DNA of 64,000 bases, taken from assembly GCA_963693365.1 (NCBI GenBank), contig CAVNZM010000002.1, forward strand, positions 1,810,415 to 1,874,414, in the 5' to 3' direction. The DNA comes from Amoebidium appalachense. Lineage: Eukaryota; Protista; Ichthyosporea. This document shows, piece by piece, positions 1 to 13,035 of this stretch. Below the pieces are notes generated by a model, which was not told where the DNA came from, did no database searches, and saw only the letters and a list, made by a program, of their open reading frames with translations. Numbering within the stretch: the first letter of the stretch is position 1; the number at the start of each line of letters is the position of its first letter. The translations under genes and the position numbers were made by a program.

Positions 1-1137
1 AAAAAAAAAAGAATAAGAATACAGACCAGCGATAACTCCCAACCCACCTCCTCCAACACCCTTCATCCCCCCCCCCCCCCCCCCCCCCGCCCCTTCCCCT
101 TCCCCCCGGGACTTGCACACACGTGTGCACATGCACACAACACACACGAGCATGCACGCGCACGCACACAGACAGACACGAATGCTTTGTCCGGAACACA
201 ACACGGACACAATGTCACAAGGGAGTAGAAACGTTGATCTGACAGCAGCAGCCCCCCCCCCCCCCCCCCTCCCCCCCCCCCCCTCCCCCCGCCCCCTCTC
301 CCCGAACACACACGGCTACGACAAAATTGATTTTCCCTATTTACAAACACAAATGCGCACACTCGCACAAACATCCATATCCACACACGCTGAAACACCC
401 CTAAATCGAAACACAAAACCCACGGGCACAACACACAGTTACATTAACCACAACAATCATCACCCGTGATGTGGACATAAACAACTAGAAAGCACACATT
501 CACAACAATCGAATAAAAAGGAAGACTGTAAACGAGATTTCCGTATAAGCAACCCCGTGAATTGATATGGCGAGCAGAGGGCGGCATGGGAGGGGGGAGA
601 GGGGGGGGGGGGGGGGGGGGGAGAACTTGTCCCGAGACCGAGTGGGTGGGGTTGTGCGTGTATGTGAGAGGAGCATGGAAAGAGAAAAGTCCCAAACACC
701 GGAAAAACAGAACGTATGAACACCTAAGCGAAGCAAAATAGAAAAGTACTTCCTTTCCACTCTAAAGCCACATGCAGAAATCACAACACATAGCTTGCAC
801 CAAGACACAGGGGGGGGGGGGGGGGGGAAGGGTAAAATAGCACACAATGAGTTAGAGAGAACGAAACACACATGAACGAAGAACAACACCATGCAGATTT
901 CACAAAGAACAAACAAAAAATATCAATCTGTGGGAGCCATCCTTACAGGGAGACCAAGCCATCCTCGCCAAAACGCAATTCAGATACTGCTTCACGTGAA
1001 CATGGCTACGGCACCCGAAGTATCAGAAACGAGCAGGGTTACTCATTCAGAGAGATGTCACACACAAGAGCAGTCGGAAGAGCCGGGGGAAAAGTTGCAA
1101 TAGTATGCACCCGGGGGGGGGGGGGGGTAGTCCTAGC

Positions 1138-3108
1138 TTACGTTTGGCTGTACAGGGTGTAGAAAAGAATGCCGATAGTGAACCCCTGCATGGCCACTCT
1201 GCCCCTTTGGAAATACTGCAGACACAACGGGTTAATACCTCAAATAAATGAGAGGAAAAAGAAATAGATTCTCATACAGCCACCCGGGCCCAAAGACGAT
1301 TGGTGGGTTGGTGGGTAGATGAGCGGGCCGTATTGTACAACAAAACCACACAAACACACACCCACACGAAGGGGGGGGGGGGGGGGGATGAGAAGATGGG
1401 ACACAGTATGAAGTATGAATGCGCAGGGGGCAAAGAACTACGGATAACACAAAGCAGCCAAGTACAAAGATGGGGAGCCGGGGGGAGGGAGGGATTGCAC
1501 ATGACCGTTCACAAAGAACATGACCCAGATAATATCGAACAAGAAGACCTATTTTTCTTTCATTTTTGCCCGGAAGGACCGGGGGGAGGGGGAGGGGGGA
1601 GGGGGTCTCAGGCAACTAGACCCCACACCAATGGGAAAACAAGGAAAGAATAATGTGGGACCGCCTATATACGTGTCCGTGACGTCATGGCAGTTTACTG
1701 TTGTTTACATATAGCAATCTATAACTTTGAATTGAAACGGGGCGGGAAGGAGCGGGGCTAGGGGAAGGGGGGGGGGGGGGGGGCGGTGTGAATACGGAAC
1801 ACAGTACGAAGTACGCATACACGATGAGAAGCATGGTGCAGGACACATGCAAAGGCAAACATTCAAGTATGCAGCATCAGCCATGCGCACAGTATGCGTC
1901 ATAAGCAGAGCCCATCCTCAGGGAGGACCCAAGTCATCAATTGCGTCTGAGTTTCGACCCCTTAGCCCGCGTATATACGACGCTCCAACTCAGACAGCAG
2001 CATCAACTGAACTTGGGTGGGTCAACCCGTCTTGATCAAAGACGAGCAGGGTTGCTTATGCAAGCAAGGTGAGCAAAACGGTGAAACGGTGAAGATGTGT
2101 GTGCAAACTAAAGCAGTGCAGCGACAAACGCGTATTTGCTTACAGATGCACGACACAGAGCAACCATGCCCGGTTGCATGGAAGTAAAGAAGTCTGGGGG
2201 AGTCGTTTTTTAACAAAGACCATGCGCAATGCGCCCCCCCCCCCCCCCCCCCCCCCTCCCCCATATCAACGCTACTAATGAATTTCACAAAATGGGTGGG
2301 CATGTGGTAGTCGGTGATATGCATGACGTCACTTCGGGGAGGGGCAGCGGCATTGCAGAGCACATATTTGAACTATAAAACATCCAGCTAATCATATGGA
2401 ACCTTTGACCTTTGGTTGTCAAACTAAGAGCGCTGGCGTATAGTAAACCAGAAGGTTGTTTTAGCATACATACAGTCTTTGTGTAACAATTTGAAAGCAA
2501 GGAAAGAAAAGCCGGGAAAGAGAAGAGGAAACGGGGATGATGATAACTGGACTCGATGGTTGTTCGGGCACGGGGTGGGGGGGGGGGGGGGGGGGGCAAC
2601 GTGAAACAAACAAGGCGCTCAGGAAGGGGGGGAGGGGGGGGGGGGGGAGGGGGACGGGAAGGAGGGGGGAAGGGGTTACCTGTGAAACCTTGTTCTGGGA
2701 GTTCACGAAAGACAAGACGGCGCCTCCAAGACACACACCAGTGCCGGCAATACCTGTAGAGCAAGGAAAGGAGAGTCAGTACATGGACTATCCCAGACCC
2801 CAAGCCCAAACCTTGGTAGCATTTCAGGCCAATTGGAACGTATGTGGGTGTGCATACAGACAGCACTCCAGATGCACCAGTATAAAGAAGTCTACTCGCC
2901 CGGCCATCAAACACGTTTTGAAAAATCAGTGCAAACTGAGGATAAAAGCACGTTTCCACACACACGCTGGTGCGCGAGCACATGCAATTGCACAGGCACA
3001 CGCACACAGCAGCGGGGCAGGGGGAATGGGACGTAGCAAGGAGAACGATGGGCCGGCTGGGGGGTACGTGAGGGGCGGCGGCTGGGGGGGGGGGGGGGGG
3101 GGGGGGGG

Positions 3109-3171
<63 letters not shown>

Positions 3172-3640
3172 ACAGACCGTGGGGGTTTGAGTAGGGAAGA
3201 TGTGGGGGAGAGAGAGGGGGAGAGGGGGAGGGGAGGAGGGAGGGACGGAGAAGTGGGGGCAGAGAGCAAAGAAGAGGGCGGGGGGGGAGGGGGGGGGGGG
3301 GGGGGGAAATAGAGAGAGGGAGGGAGAGGAAGAGAGAGAAGGGGAGAGGGGGGGAGGAGAGATAAAAATAGAGAGAGAGAGAAAAATGAGAGAGAGAGAG
3401 AAAATTAGAGAGAGAGAGTGTGTGTGTGTGAGGAAGAGGGAGAAAGAGAGAGCCTGACCTCAGAAGACGCACTGACCTCCAGACACAGGAAACGGGGGAA
3501 AGGAGGGAAACACAAAACTTGAAACAGCCATATGGCCCACACGTACCAACCATGAGTAGTGGGTTCTCCTTGAGTAGTCTCCTCAGCTTGGGCCCCAGCC
3601 GCTCACGCTGCCTGCCAACGGGGGGATCGGGCACTGCCAT
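1138..3640 (-). CDS. HIG1 (hypoxia-induced gene / Rcf1-like) domain mitochondrial membrane protein, 3 exons, 81 aa
   Basis: Exons 3640-3547, 2753-2680 and 1215-1138 join by GT-AG with consistent phases: MAVPDPPVGRQRERLGPKLRRLLKENPLLMVG-IAGTGVCLGGAVLSFVNSQNKVSQ-YFQRGRVAMQGFTIGILFYTLYSQT*. The KENPL..G, TM, QR.RV..QGFT pattern is the HIG1 family signature. Confidence 0.88.
1787..2102 (-). mobile_element. Long copy of a dispersed structured repeat that lies in G/C homopolymer runs (intron 2 of the HIG1 gene)
   Basis: Near-identical to the reverse complement of 13639-13950 and to 22473-22619; the constant end abuts a poly-G run. Strand is inferred from the constant end. Confidence 0.8.
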
Positions 3641-3789
3641 TCTTTCGTTATGTCTGTCTGCCAGTTACCAATACCTGTCCTTTGCACTCAACCCCAAAAC
3701 TGACCCTAAGACACACTGCGCTAGAACAGTCTTTTGTAACACCTTCCTCTCGTCTCAATTCAAAACCTACGATGTGTCAATCCCAAAAG

Positions 3790-3896
3790 CCTGACTTGCA
3801 AAGGGTTCACGCTGGCGTTCTGAACATGAGTCCGACCCTGACTTGCAAAGGGTTCACTTGAAGTGACACGCTGGCGTTCTGAACATGAGTCCGACT
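3790..3896. repeat. Short tandem duplication upstream of the HIG1 gene
   Basis: cctgacttgcaaagggttcac and gctggcgttctgaacatgagtccgac each occur twice; the second unit has a 12-bp insert (ttgaagtgacac). Confidence 0.85.
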
Positions 3897-3899
3897 CTC

Positions 3900-4100
3900 C
3901 TGCGTTTCTCTTTGCTTTCATGATGAGGCCCCAGCCAATCACACACCTGGGCCGATTTATTTTTACATTCTCGTGTTTTGGCATGAAATTCGCAATGGAA
4001 TTTGTGCAAATTGCGCAAAATTGCGCTTGTCCTGAGGAGTGATTGGCCGAGGCTTATCAAACGCGCCATCAGCTGTGTTGATAGGTCGCAGTTCACGGCT
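3900..4100. promoter_or_regulatory. Probable promoter region with opposed CCAAT boxes
   Basis: Microsatellite-free and CpG-rich; agccaatca near 3933 and tgattggcc near 4040; about 300 bp upstream of the HIG1 ATG. Confidence 0.45.
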
Positions 4101-4158
4101 CATGAAGTCGTGGGAGAGCCTGGTGCGAAGGTTATGTATCCGGGCGCGTCTCACGCAC

Positions 4159-4189
<31 letters not shown>

Positions 4190-5484
4190 GTCTGTCTATG
4201 CTCGTGTGCGTGCGTGCGTGCGTGTGTGTATGCGTCTGTGTACGGGCGGGGAGACCGTGCGTGACACTGTGGTTGTGCGTGCGTGCACTTGTTTGGTAAG
4301 TGTGTGTCTTTGTCCATCGAGTTCCTTGCGCTCAATGCCTGTGCATGTGCGTCAGTTAAGTCACCTTAACTCATGAGAACCACCGCCCGTGCGGCAGGAA
4401 ACGTGTTTTGTGCCAATTTGCACGAGGGCGGGCCTAATATCAGCAGGTCCATCACTCGGAGGTGTGATCTTTTCTGTTAAACTTCAAAGGGTTTGTGTGT
4501 TCTAGCTAACGTTCTCGGCATCGCTACACGGCACATCATAACGGAGACTATTGCGATGCCAGAACTGAAATCGGCGACAAGAATGACGAAGAGGACCTTC
4601 TTGTGAACAGGAAGGCAAAGACACTACCCGTGAACAGGCGGGGGGAGGGGGGGGGGGGGGGGGGGGGATGATTGATAGATAGAAGGACTGCATATCAAAT
4701 TGTGCGAAAAGGATAGCGCTAGCGGGCAGCAAGACCTACAATAAGCCTCCACCGCACAGCGCATCAGTGAATTTCGAAGTGCTACCGGGAATCTGTAAAA
4801 ATGGGGAGGCCTCGGTTCAGACAAATGCTGTATGCCATGGGTGCACTGTAAAGCAAGTTTATGAGCTCGCTGATATGCCTGCCTATTAACGGGAAGACGT
4901 GTGATTTTTTCGTTTTTGCGAGAATATGATGATGCTAGTGTACAACACTGCCGTTTTTGAGCTCCTGGTGTAATACAACCAGTAATACAACCACGGCCCT
5001 CTGAACACTCATGAGGGCCGTCCTACAAGCCACGACCAGTAAGGTTACTAAGTGCCCAGCCCAGCGTATGTATGTAGTCAGCTGCTATCGTCCCCCGGCG
5101 TATGCAGGCGATGTGAGGATGTAGGCGTTTTTCACCAGTCGTAATGGGCACGCACTCGGCCCGACACAGCAAAACACGTCCGTCTCTCTGGGCTGCACTC
5201 TGAGCAACGCCTTCGCCACTTGGGCGTAGGCGCCGTGGCAGAGAGTGAGTCGTCATTTTTTGATCAACTGGTCACGTGACTTGAGATTTGCCGTCAATAG
5301 AGATCCAAAAGCGTTTGATTGTGGGACAGGTTTGCAGGTCTCGACTCAGGAACGTTAGCCAATCAATCCAGCCATATAGGCTATATAGCCAGATGCTCGT
5401 CGCCTGCGCCGAAACGGTTGCGTGTTGAACCACTGACGGTCATTCGACCGTCACCGAGAGGGGACAACTTTCTCCGTCTGTGCA

Positions 5485-5765
5485 AGTACCCTCTGAGGAG
5501 GGTGTGCACACGTGTGCGCAGTGTTTTTTTTTAGGAGGGCATGCAAGCACGTTTGGGGGAGCTGGAACTGTGACTGAGGCACAGTGCCTCTGTGCCCGTA
5601 CAACTGCCCGTACATACCCCCCGGGAAGGGCGTGCACACGCGTACGTGTGCGCAGCGCTTTCTTTAAGAGGGCATGTGCATGCAGGTACGTTTGGGGGAG
5701 CTGTAACTGTGCCTCTGTGCCGGTACTCTCTGAGGAGGGTGTGCACACGTGTGCGCAGCGCACGT
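5485..5765. repeat. Degenerate minisatellite, unit about 110-125 bp, about 2.3 copies
   Basis: gtac..tctgaggagggtgtgcacacgtgtgcgcag and acgtttgggggagctg.aactgtg recur at about 5486, 5612 and 5723. Confidence 0.7.
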
Positions 5766-7049
5766 GCAGGCACTTACTCTAAATAAAAAGCTCTTTGCGA
5801 CACGCACACACACTTACACATACACACGTGCACGTGCAGAAAAAAAAAAATTAACACACCAGCACAAACTGAGACACCCAAACAGCCTAAAAAATAAATA
5901 GACAATACGTCGACCCACCCACCCAGACACACACACACACACACTACGTGCTACAGCCAACCCTACACGTCCACCCACACAGTCACGGACGGTACCTGGC
6001 CACAAACACACCTATTGTTGCTATTCTGCACACACACAGGCAAGCACACACAGTTAAAGCACGAACACCCACAATCAAACTTCTTGCAAACACACACACA
6101 CACAAGGCAAAAACGCACAGCACTCAACGACACACACTAAACGGGCACGTACACACGCACACACAGAAATGAAGATGGTTTGAGGCTGTCAGCCAATACC
6201 AGGATCACCATTTCATTTCTGGACGAGCACCCCAGACTGAGTGGCCAACCTAATTGCATGTGAGCAGAGTCGCCAACACGGTAAGGTGTGCCTAGGCAAC
6301 ATCACGCAACTTGAAGTGTCCCACCCGCTATGTGTCTGTATGTAGATTACTCGCTATGTGTCGGTAGATTACTGGTAATATGGGAGGGAGGGAAGGGCAT
6401 GGATGGAAATAGAGTAGTAATAGATCATAAAACGAGGAAGAGAGAGCCTCACTAGCTGTAGGATATACAGCGTAGTCCAAAAAAGGAACCCTTTGGACGG
6501 GTGGTGGAGGAACGAGGTCTCCCCCTAGGGGGGGTGGGGGGTGGGGAGGGAGGGGGAGGCAAAGGGGCGGCAAGTTAGTACGGTGTATGAAGTTATTGAA
6601 ATGCCAGGTCGTGAAAGCTTGTGGTAAAGTGGTGGCGGTAGTAGCTTGGTGTGTCTTCTTCTTCTTCTTTGCTTTTTTCTTTCCGCTTTTTTCCCTTCTT
6701 CTTCTTTGGGCAAAGGGGGGAGGGGGGGGGGGGGGGAAGGAGGGTGGGGGGAAGGGGGGGGGGGGGGGGGGGAGGGGGCTCGTTTGAGTGAGGCTCTTGC
6801 TTTCACTGTATGATAGGGTGCTGGTGGCTCAACATTGGGACTGAATACTCTGGTATGGTGCCATACTACGATCTAATAATAGTATCAAAATCACCGAACA
6901 CACCCGTAATGGTCGAGGTTTTTGCCCTGCACAGCATTCCTGTCGAGACACACGTCTTCATCAAGACGTCGACATCGTTCTCCCTGTGTGTACCTGTGTA
7001 CACCACCGCAGAAGCTATTTCCTCTGCCTCCTAATATTCCCCCCCCATT

Positions 7050-7080
<31 letters not shown>

Positions 7081-7084
7081 TCTT

Positions 7085-7188
7085 GTGGATCATCCGCTCT
7101 GCTTACTGCATACTCTTCATTTGTGGTTTGCGCTCTGCATTGTGTTGTCCGTCGTGAATGTGTACTTCGTACTCTATGGCGCATTCAA
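7085..7188 (+). mobile_element. Diverged short copy of the homopolymer-associated repeat
   Basis: gctctgctta...gtgtacttcgtactctatggcgcattcaa matches the family end; C-runs on both sides. Confidence 0.65.
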
Positions 7189-7543
7189 CTCCCCCTCTCC
7201 CCCCCCCCCAACCCCCCCACCCCCCCTCCCGGGCCAACACACTACACACCTATCGCAACCATCACTGCTTGCCATCACGATCACACACGCACAAACACAG
7301 AATACGCTCAGTGACTCACTCACTCATTCACATGTACAACCCCACGCCCTCCTACGGCACTAACACACTTGTCCACACTTCATCCCCTCATTCACACAAC
7401 TGGCGGACTAGGCACCACATCCAGGCTATGTCCGCCACTTCCACGAAATACAAACATGCACATGCAAATGCACACTCACCACCACCTGCACATGACCAAC
7501 ATACTCCCGCACGCACACTCACACAGTGTCACAAGCGGGGGCG

Positions 7544-7631
<88 letters not shown>

Positions 7632-7726
7632 GACATAGACTTTGCACTCATCCGCAATCACCTGAATCGCACACACCCAGGAACGTAACAAGCACCAACG
7701 CACACACATACACACATACACGCACG

Positions 7727-7777
<51 letters not shown>

Positions 7778-8796
7778 GCACACACACACACACACGCACA
7801 GACCCAATCACAGCAGCTCTTACCCAGGGCCTGGTGCAGCTGCAACCCCCGACCGCTTCTATTTCCCTCAATATTGCCATTGGCTGTGGGCTTTAGATTC
7901 TGAATAACGCAGCATAGGTGATGGTGTTTGCTGGTCAGCCTGGTGCCACGATCAAATTCTGGTGGCACGGTTGCCAATATTCTGAACAAGCAGAAAATCC
8001 GATGGCATAATGTAATGTAATGATGGCAATGTAATAATGGCACTGATAGATTCCATAGTAGGCAAATGTTTTTGTATGTGGGTAGGGGAGCTGGTGAGGT
8101 CTTAGTATTAAGTTCTTTTGGGATAGCCGAAAACAAAAAATACAACGTCTTTTTGGATTTTTTGGTGCCTATTTAGTTGAGGCCTCAGGGCCCTGTGTCA
8201 CGGGGCCGTGCCTGTGTTTGTTGGCATGTATGTAGAGTGAGGGCAAATGAGCATGTTTTGATGACAGCCGCGGGCCGCGGCGGATTTCCGTATTCTATCA
8301 TTGTAATAAGATGATAGTGTTTGTAATGAATGGTACCGAATGAATAGGAATGCATATCAGATCTGCAGTTCTTTCTCGGCCATATGCATGGTGTTCAGAA
8401 AGACAAGGCCCAGAATTGAGGCACATAACATTTTTATTATTTTTTATTTTTATTTTATCCCGTTTCACTCCCAGCGAGGCACTGCCTCAGGGGAGCTTAC
8501 CGTCTTCCGCCTAGACACAGCACATAACATGTAACTTAGGCTTCAATGGTTTGTTGCCGCCTGAGTCGGATTCAATACATCGGCCATGCAGGTACTGCCC
8601 CAATTCTGGTATGAATACACATCATAGATATATGTTAGTATAATATTGCGCTGACCCGGCGCCGGGCATAATGTATGATGCGAGTACGCATACAGACCAG
8701 TACGTGGCATCCACAGAGTATGTATCCACAATGCAATATCAGATGATGTATGCCATGATGCATCACGGTGACCCAGCAGCCTTAACCGTTAATCCC

Positions 8797-8840
<44 letters not shown>

Positions 8841-9219
8841 AAATAAATAAAAATAAAATAAAATAAAACAATAATAATAAATAAAAAATAAATAAAATAA
8901 AATGCATATATACGCACACATGCACGCACGGACACGTGCATGTGTACTGACTGAAATGATGCACGGGGGAATTTGATGGGACGGGGCGGGAAGCTCCCGC
9001 GCCGGCGGGAGAGAGAGGGGGGGGAGGGGAGGAGTAAGACGAAAGCTGGCCGTAAATCCAAAACCCCCGTAGTATCCCTTTTTGGGCCACTGGCCCACCT
9101 GGCCGACATACAGCACGATCCAATAGTTTCGCAATGTCAATAGAAACTTTATAATGATTAACATGCACTGTGCCTCAGACATACACGTGTGGGTACTCGT
9201 GGGTTTGTATATATGTCAC

Positions 9220-9817
9220 AGTGTGCGGCACTCGTAAGTTGTGTGTGTGCACGTGTGTGTGATGGGCCAGGGGGATGGCCGGGAGGGAGCGGGAATATGA
9301 GTCCCATTACTTGAGAGTCTCACTCAGAAAGACAGAGAGAGAGAGAGAGAGAGAGAGTCCCAGGGGAGGGAGAGGAGGTCAGAGGGGGTTTGGGGGGGGG
9401 GGGGGGGGGGGGGGGGGTGGTTACTACCACCCTCCCCCCCCCCCCCCCACCCCCTCCCCCTCAAAGAAACTTTTCAATCCTCCAAAAAGCGTTCAACCCC
9501 CCCCCATCCCCTCGCCCACACACACAAACACACACGGGCCCCTTCAGAAATCGAAAAAGTTTAACCTATCAGGTCCTACCCCCCCTCCCCCCTCCCTTCA
9601 CAGCCCCTGCTGCGGTACACGTAAGTTGTATGTGTGTGTAACGTGCGTATGGTGGGGGAGGGGGCTGGCCGGAGTGGGTCGGAGGGCCCTCGGAGAAAGA
9701 GTCTCAGAAAAGAGTGTGTGTGTCCCGACGGCCTCACTCAGAAAGACAGAGAGGGAGAGAGAGAGTCCGGATCCCAGTGAGGTTAGGTTTCTTTTTTTTT
9801 TTTTTTTTTGTGCTTGT

Positions 9818-9916
<99 letters not shown>

Positions 9917-10200
9917 GGGGGGTGGGGGGGGAAGGGGGGAGGGGGGGACGTGAAGTTTGCAACACCCCCCCCCCCCCCCCTCCCTCTCCCCCCTCCCACC
10001 AAAGACAGGATTTCAATCCCCTTAAGCTTAGAAGCGCTCACCACCTACCCCTGCCCCCCCCCCCCTTCCCCCCCCCCCCCCCCCCCCCTTTTCCCCCTCC
10101 CTCCCCCCCTGCCCCCCCCCCCCCCCCCCCCCCCCCAACACACACACACACGGGCCCCTGCAGAAATCGAAGCTGTAACTTATCAGGTCCCCCCCTCCCC
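9220..10200. repeat. Old tandem duplication, unit about 400-600 bp, with expanded microsatellites
   Basis: tgcgg.ac.cgtaagttgt and ctcactcagaaagacagagag occur at about 9224-9360 and 9610-9768; cacacacgggccc..cagaaatcgaa...tatcaggtcc occurs at about 9530 and 10145. Confidence 0.7.
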
Positions 10201-10793
10201 CCCCCCCCCTCTTCCGCCCTACTTCTGACTTCTGCTCCGCCTTTTTGCCTTTCCCTCGTCCCCCTACTCATTCAAAAGGCCTGCACAATTCTAGTTATGT
10301 CAATAATCCGTTGTCTGAAGCAGTCATAAACTTTGACGTTTAAATTTTTGGTGCTATCCGGGTCCCAGGAGTTTGGTGTGGGACGACCCTTAAGATGCAG
10401 TCGTTGCCTGTGCATGGGGCTACTAGTTTAATTTGCACGCTAAGCCTTTTTTTGCCACAGACAAACTTTGTAACCGTTTTATTCAGGTTTGACTCAGTCA
10501 AGTGTGGAATTCACCACATATGTACAGTGCATTGAACCGGGAAATATTCCAAAACCCCCTTATGAACCTTCGTTAAGAGGGAGCATGCTATTACCCGATT
10601 TTTTAAAACAGTTTTACGCAAAACCTGCGCGCTCTTTACTGATATGATACAGTTACTCAGATGACTTTGCATATCAACCACTCCTAGTTCTACAACCATT
10701 TATCCGGCAGAATCTTTTATTTCCTACCATCCAAGTTTAGATGAGCACAACAACGGTTTGCGGAAAACGTAACACGTTGCTTTGCATTTACAT

Positions 10794-11522
10794 TTATGCC
10801 GAACCCGAAGGCTTGCTGGGGTTGGCCGGGTCCTGGCACGTAAACTTTGCAGCCTCTGATGCCCTCGCGTTGTAAAAGGGAAGACACTTGAGTGTTTGGT
10901 AACCAGCCGCACAGATGGTGTCACGATTAAGGCCGGTGAAACCCTGTGGCGGAGTCAAGTTCACGAGCTTCTCCCCCTCCGTGAAGCCGCAGTCCTCACC
11001 CGCCTTTGCAAACGCATGGCAGCCAAGATCGTACATGGCAGAGCCGGACGTGTAGTGGTACCCAAAGTATTTTCCTTTCTCGCACGCTGCAGCGCTGTTC
11101 TTGATGAACATGTCACCATAAACAAACGTCGAGACTCCGTCAACGGCAAACTTCTCTTGCACGGCGGTCAGGCTGGTCATCAAGCGGCATCTTATCTTGG
11201 AGGGAACCTTCACATCCTTCGAATCTGTTGACCCAACCTTGGTCACCGTCTCTTGGAGAACGTAGGCGAAACCCACACACTTCTTTCTCTTGACACACGC
11301 AGCAGCACACTTCTTACGCGATGGGGCGTCCTTAACAACAATGTAGTTGGTGTTGAGTAGGCCGATGGAGTTGAAGCCAATCTCCGAGTTGAGGGGAAAC
11401 ACTTCGGAGAGGCCAGTAACAGTGGTGAAGCCCTTCAATGTAACGGGCTTGGGTACCCCCTGCTGGGCGGATGCCGCAGCGAGAAGACTAGCAAAGAGGG
11501 CGGTAGCAATGGTCGACGCCAT
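10794..11522 (-). CDS. Secreted cysteine-rich protein with PAN/apple-like module, 242 aa, intronless
   Basis: Uninterrupted ORF with coding-like composition; signal peptide MASTIATALFASLLAAASA; C-x3-C-x5-C-x2-F-x-Y ... C-x-L motif (CAAACVKRKKCVGFAY...CRL); second Cys-rich C-terminal half. Confidence 0.85.
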   Translation of the reverse strand: MASTIATALFASLLAAASAQQGVPKPVTLKGFTTVTGLSEVFPLNSEIGFNSIGLLNTNYIVVKDAPSRKKCAAACVKRKKCVGFAYVLQETVTKVGSTDSKDVKVPSKIRCRLMTSLTAVQEKFAVDGVSTFVYGDMFIKNSAAACEKGKYFGYHYTSGSAMYDLGCHAFAKAGEDCGFTEGEKLVNLTPPQGFTGLNRDTICAAGYQTLKCLPFYNARASEAAKFTCQDPANPSKPSGSA

Positions 11523-12088
11523 AGTGATAAGTTTGTTAGGAGGCCCTTTCTATTCTGCATATGGTGCCCATTTCGCACAGGGTTGGCTAGGGGGGGGGGG
11601 TGGTCACCGGTAACGTTTTTTGGGCGGGGGAAGGTCCAGGTGGTCCGGTGGACAAAAATCACTTTGAGCAACTTTCAAAAACTCGATTGGACAAGTTGGC
11701 TCCTGGGTCAATGGAATGAGAGATAACGCATTGGATTCGCTTCCAGGCGGGCGGCAACTAGATAGCAATTGTTACCCTGTCAGCGAAATCGGGAATTATT
11801 TAGTTTATATTAAATATGTAATTTAGGTAAATATGGTGTCGAACAATATTTCGTTGGGGCTTTTTAATGTATTTGAGTGTTCCTTGATTTGCGAATCGAA
11901 ATTTCCGGTTTAGCGCTGATACCTGGCAAAGAGCAGCATAAGCGCGGTAAAAATACCGTTTCCGTGATCATGATGTTTGGAGCCTGATCAGAGTCGGAGC
12001 GCAAAACTGAAGAAAAAAAAAACTGAGAAGAAAACGTTTTGTTTTTGCATAGTGGTCGACCGACTTACTGCGGATACTAATAGAAGCA

Positions 12089-12416
12089 ATGGGGGGTTTT
12101 TGAAAAGAAACGCCGCGTGAGGCGTTGGGCGTGGTCTTCTCGCTCGTGCTCTTTGTGCTGCTGTTGGCTGCACCTTCTGCAGCACCACAGGTACATGCCT
12201 GGTCCAATGAGCATCTTAGTCTGTATAAGTAGAAGCCAATGTATGCCGTCGTTTTATTATCTACCTGCCTGTGTGTGCTCGCGTCACGTTTTTATGTGAA
12301 CCAGGGAGTAATTTTTGTTCTCATTATCTCAGGTTGCTTCAGATGTGTCCGATCAGGCTGGCAACATGACATGTGTAAATGTGACACCCAACGCCGCCGC
12401 TGCTTTTGGATTTCAG
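12089..12416 (+). pseudogene. 5' fragment of a signal-peptide gene (2 putative exons) with in-frame TGA at codon 5
   Basis: 12089-12190 reads MGGF*KETPREALGVVFSLVLFVLLLAAPSAAPQ|gt; 12333-12416 reads ag|VASDVSDQAGNMTCVNVTPNAAAAFGFQ|gt. No further exons found before the AGA duplicate. Confidence 0.4.
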
Positions 12417-12788
12417 GTGTGTAATTACTTGTGTCCCCATCAAGCGTTAGAAATTCTGCGGTTTTGGGTTTTCCTTTCTGCTTGAAACGTTGGATTTGTA
12501 CAGACACACGCAAACACACTCACAGGCACACTTACACATATACCTGCACACGTACACGCACTACACACACACACACACACACGCACTTGCATACATGAAC
12601 ACATGCACACACACACACACGTGCAGGCACCCAGATCCGCACACGTGCACACACGCGCGCGCGCGCGCGCACACACACACACAGTGACATACACACACAA
12701 AGAGACACACACGCCTGGACACACATATTCACACGTGCATGATTGAAATGCGCGCACATAGGCAAACATTCACACGTGCACATGCACT

Positions 12789-12820
<32 letters not shown>

Positions 12821-12936
12821 ACAAACACATGCACAGTGACATATACACACAAAGAGACACACGCCTGGACACACATACACACACGTGCATGACTGGAATG
12901 CGCGCACGTGGGCAAACATTCACACGTGCACATGCG

Positions 12937-12949
<13 letters not shown>

Positions 12950-13035
<86 letters not shown>

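Noticed and set aside
3918-3958. Hammerhead-like tgatgag-gccc...gggc-cgat, and ctgaaggcccaagagg near 32876
   Set aside because: The catalytic core is incomplete (no CUGANGA plus GAAA with closing stems).
4100-8010. Possible + strand multi-exon gene (unique patches at about 4510, 5390, 6170, 6815, 7810)
   Set aside because: I could not join a phase-consistent stop-free frame or recognise a domain; needs RNA-seq.
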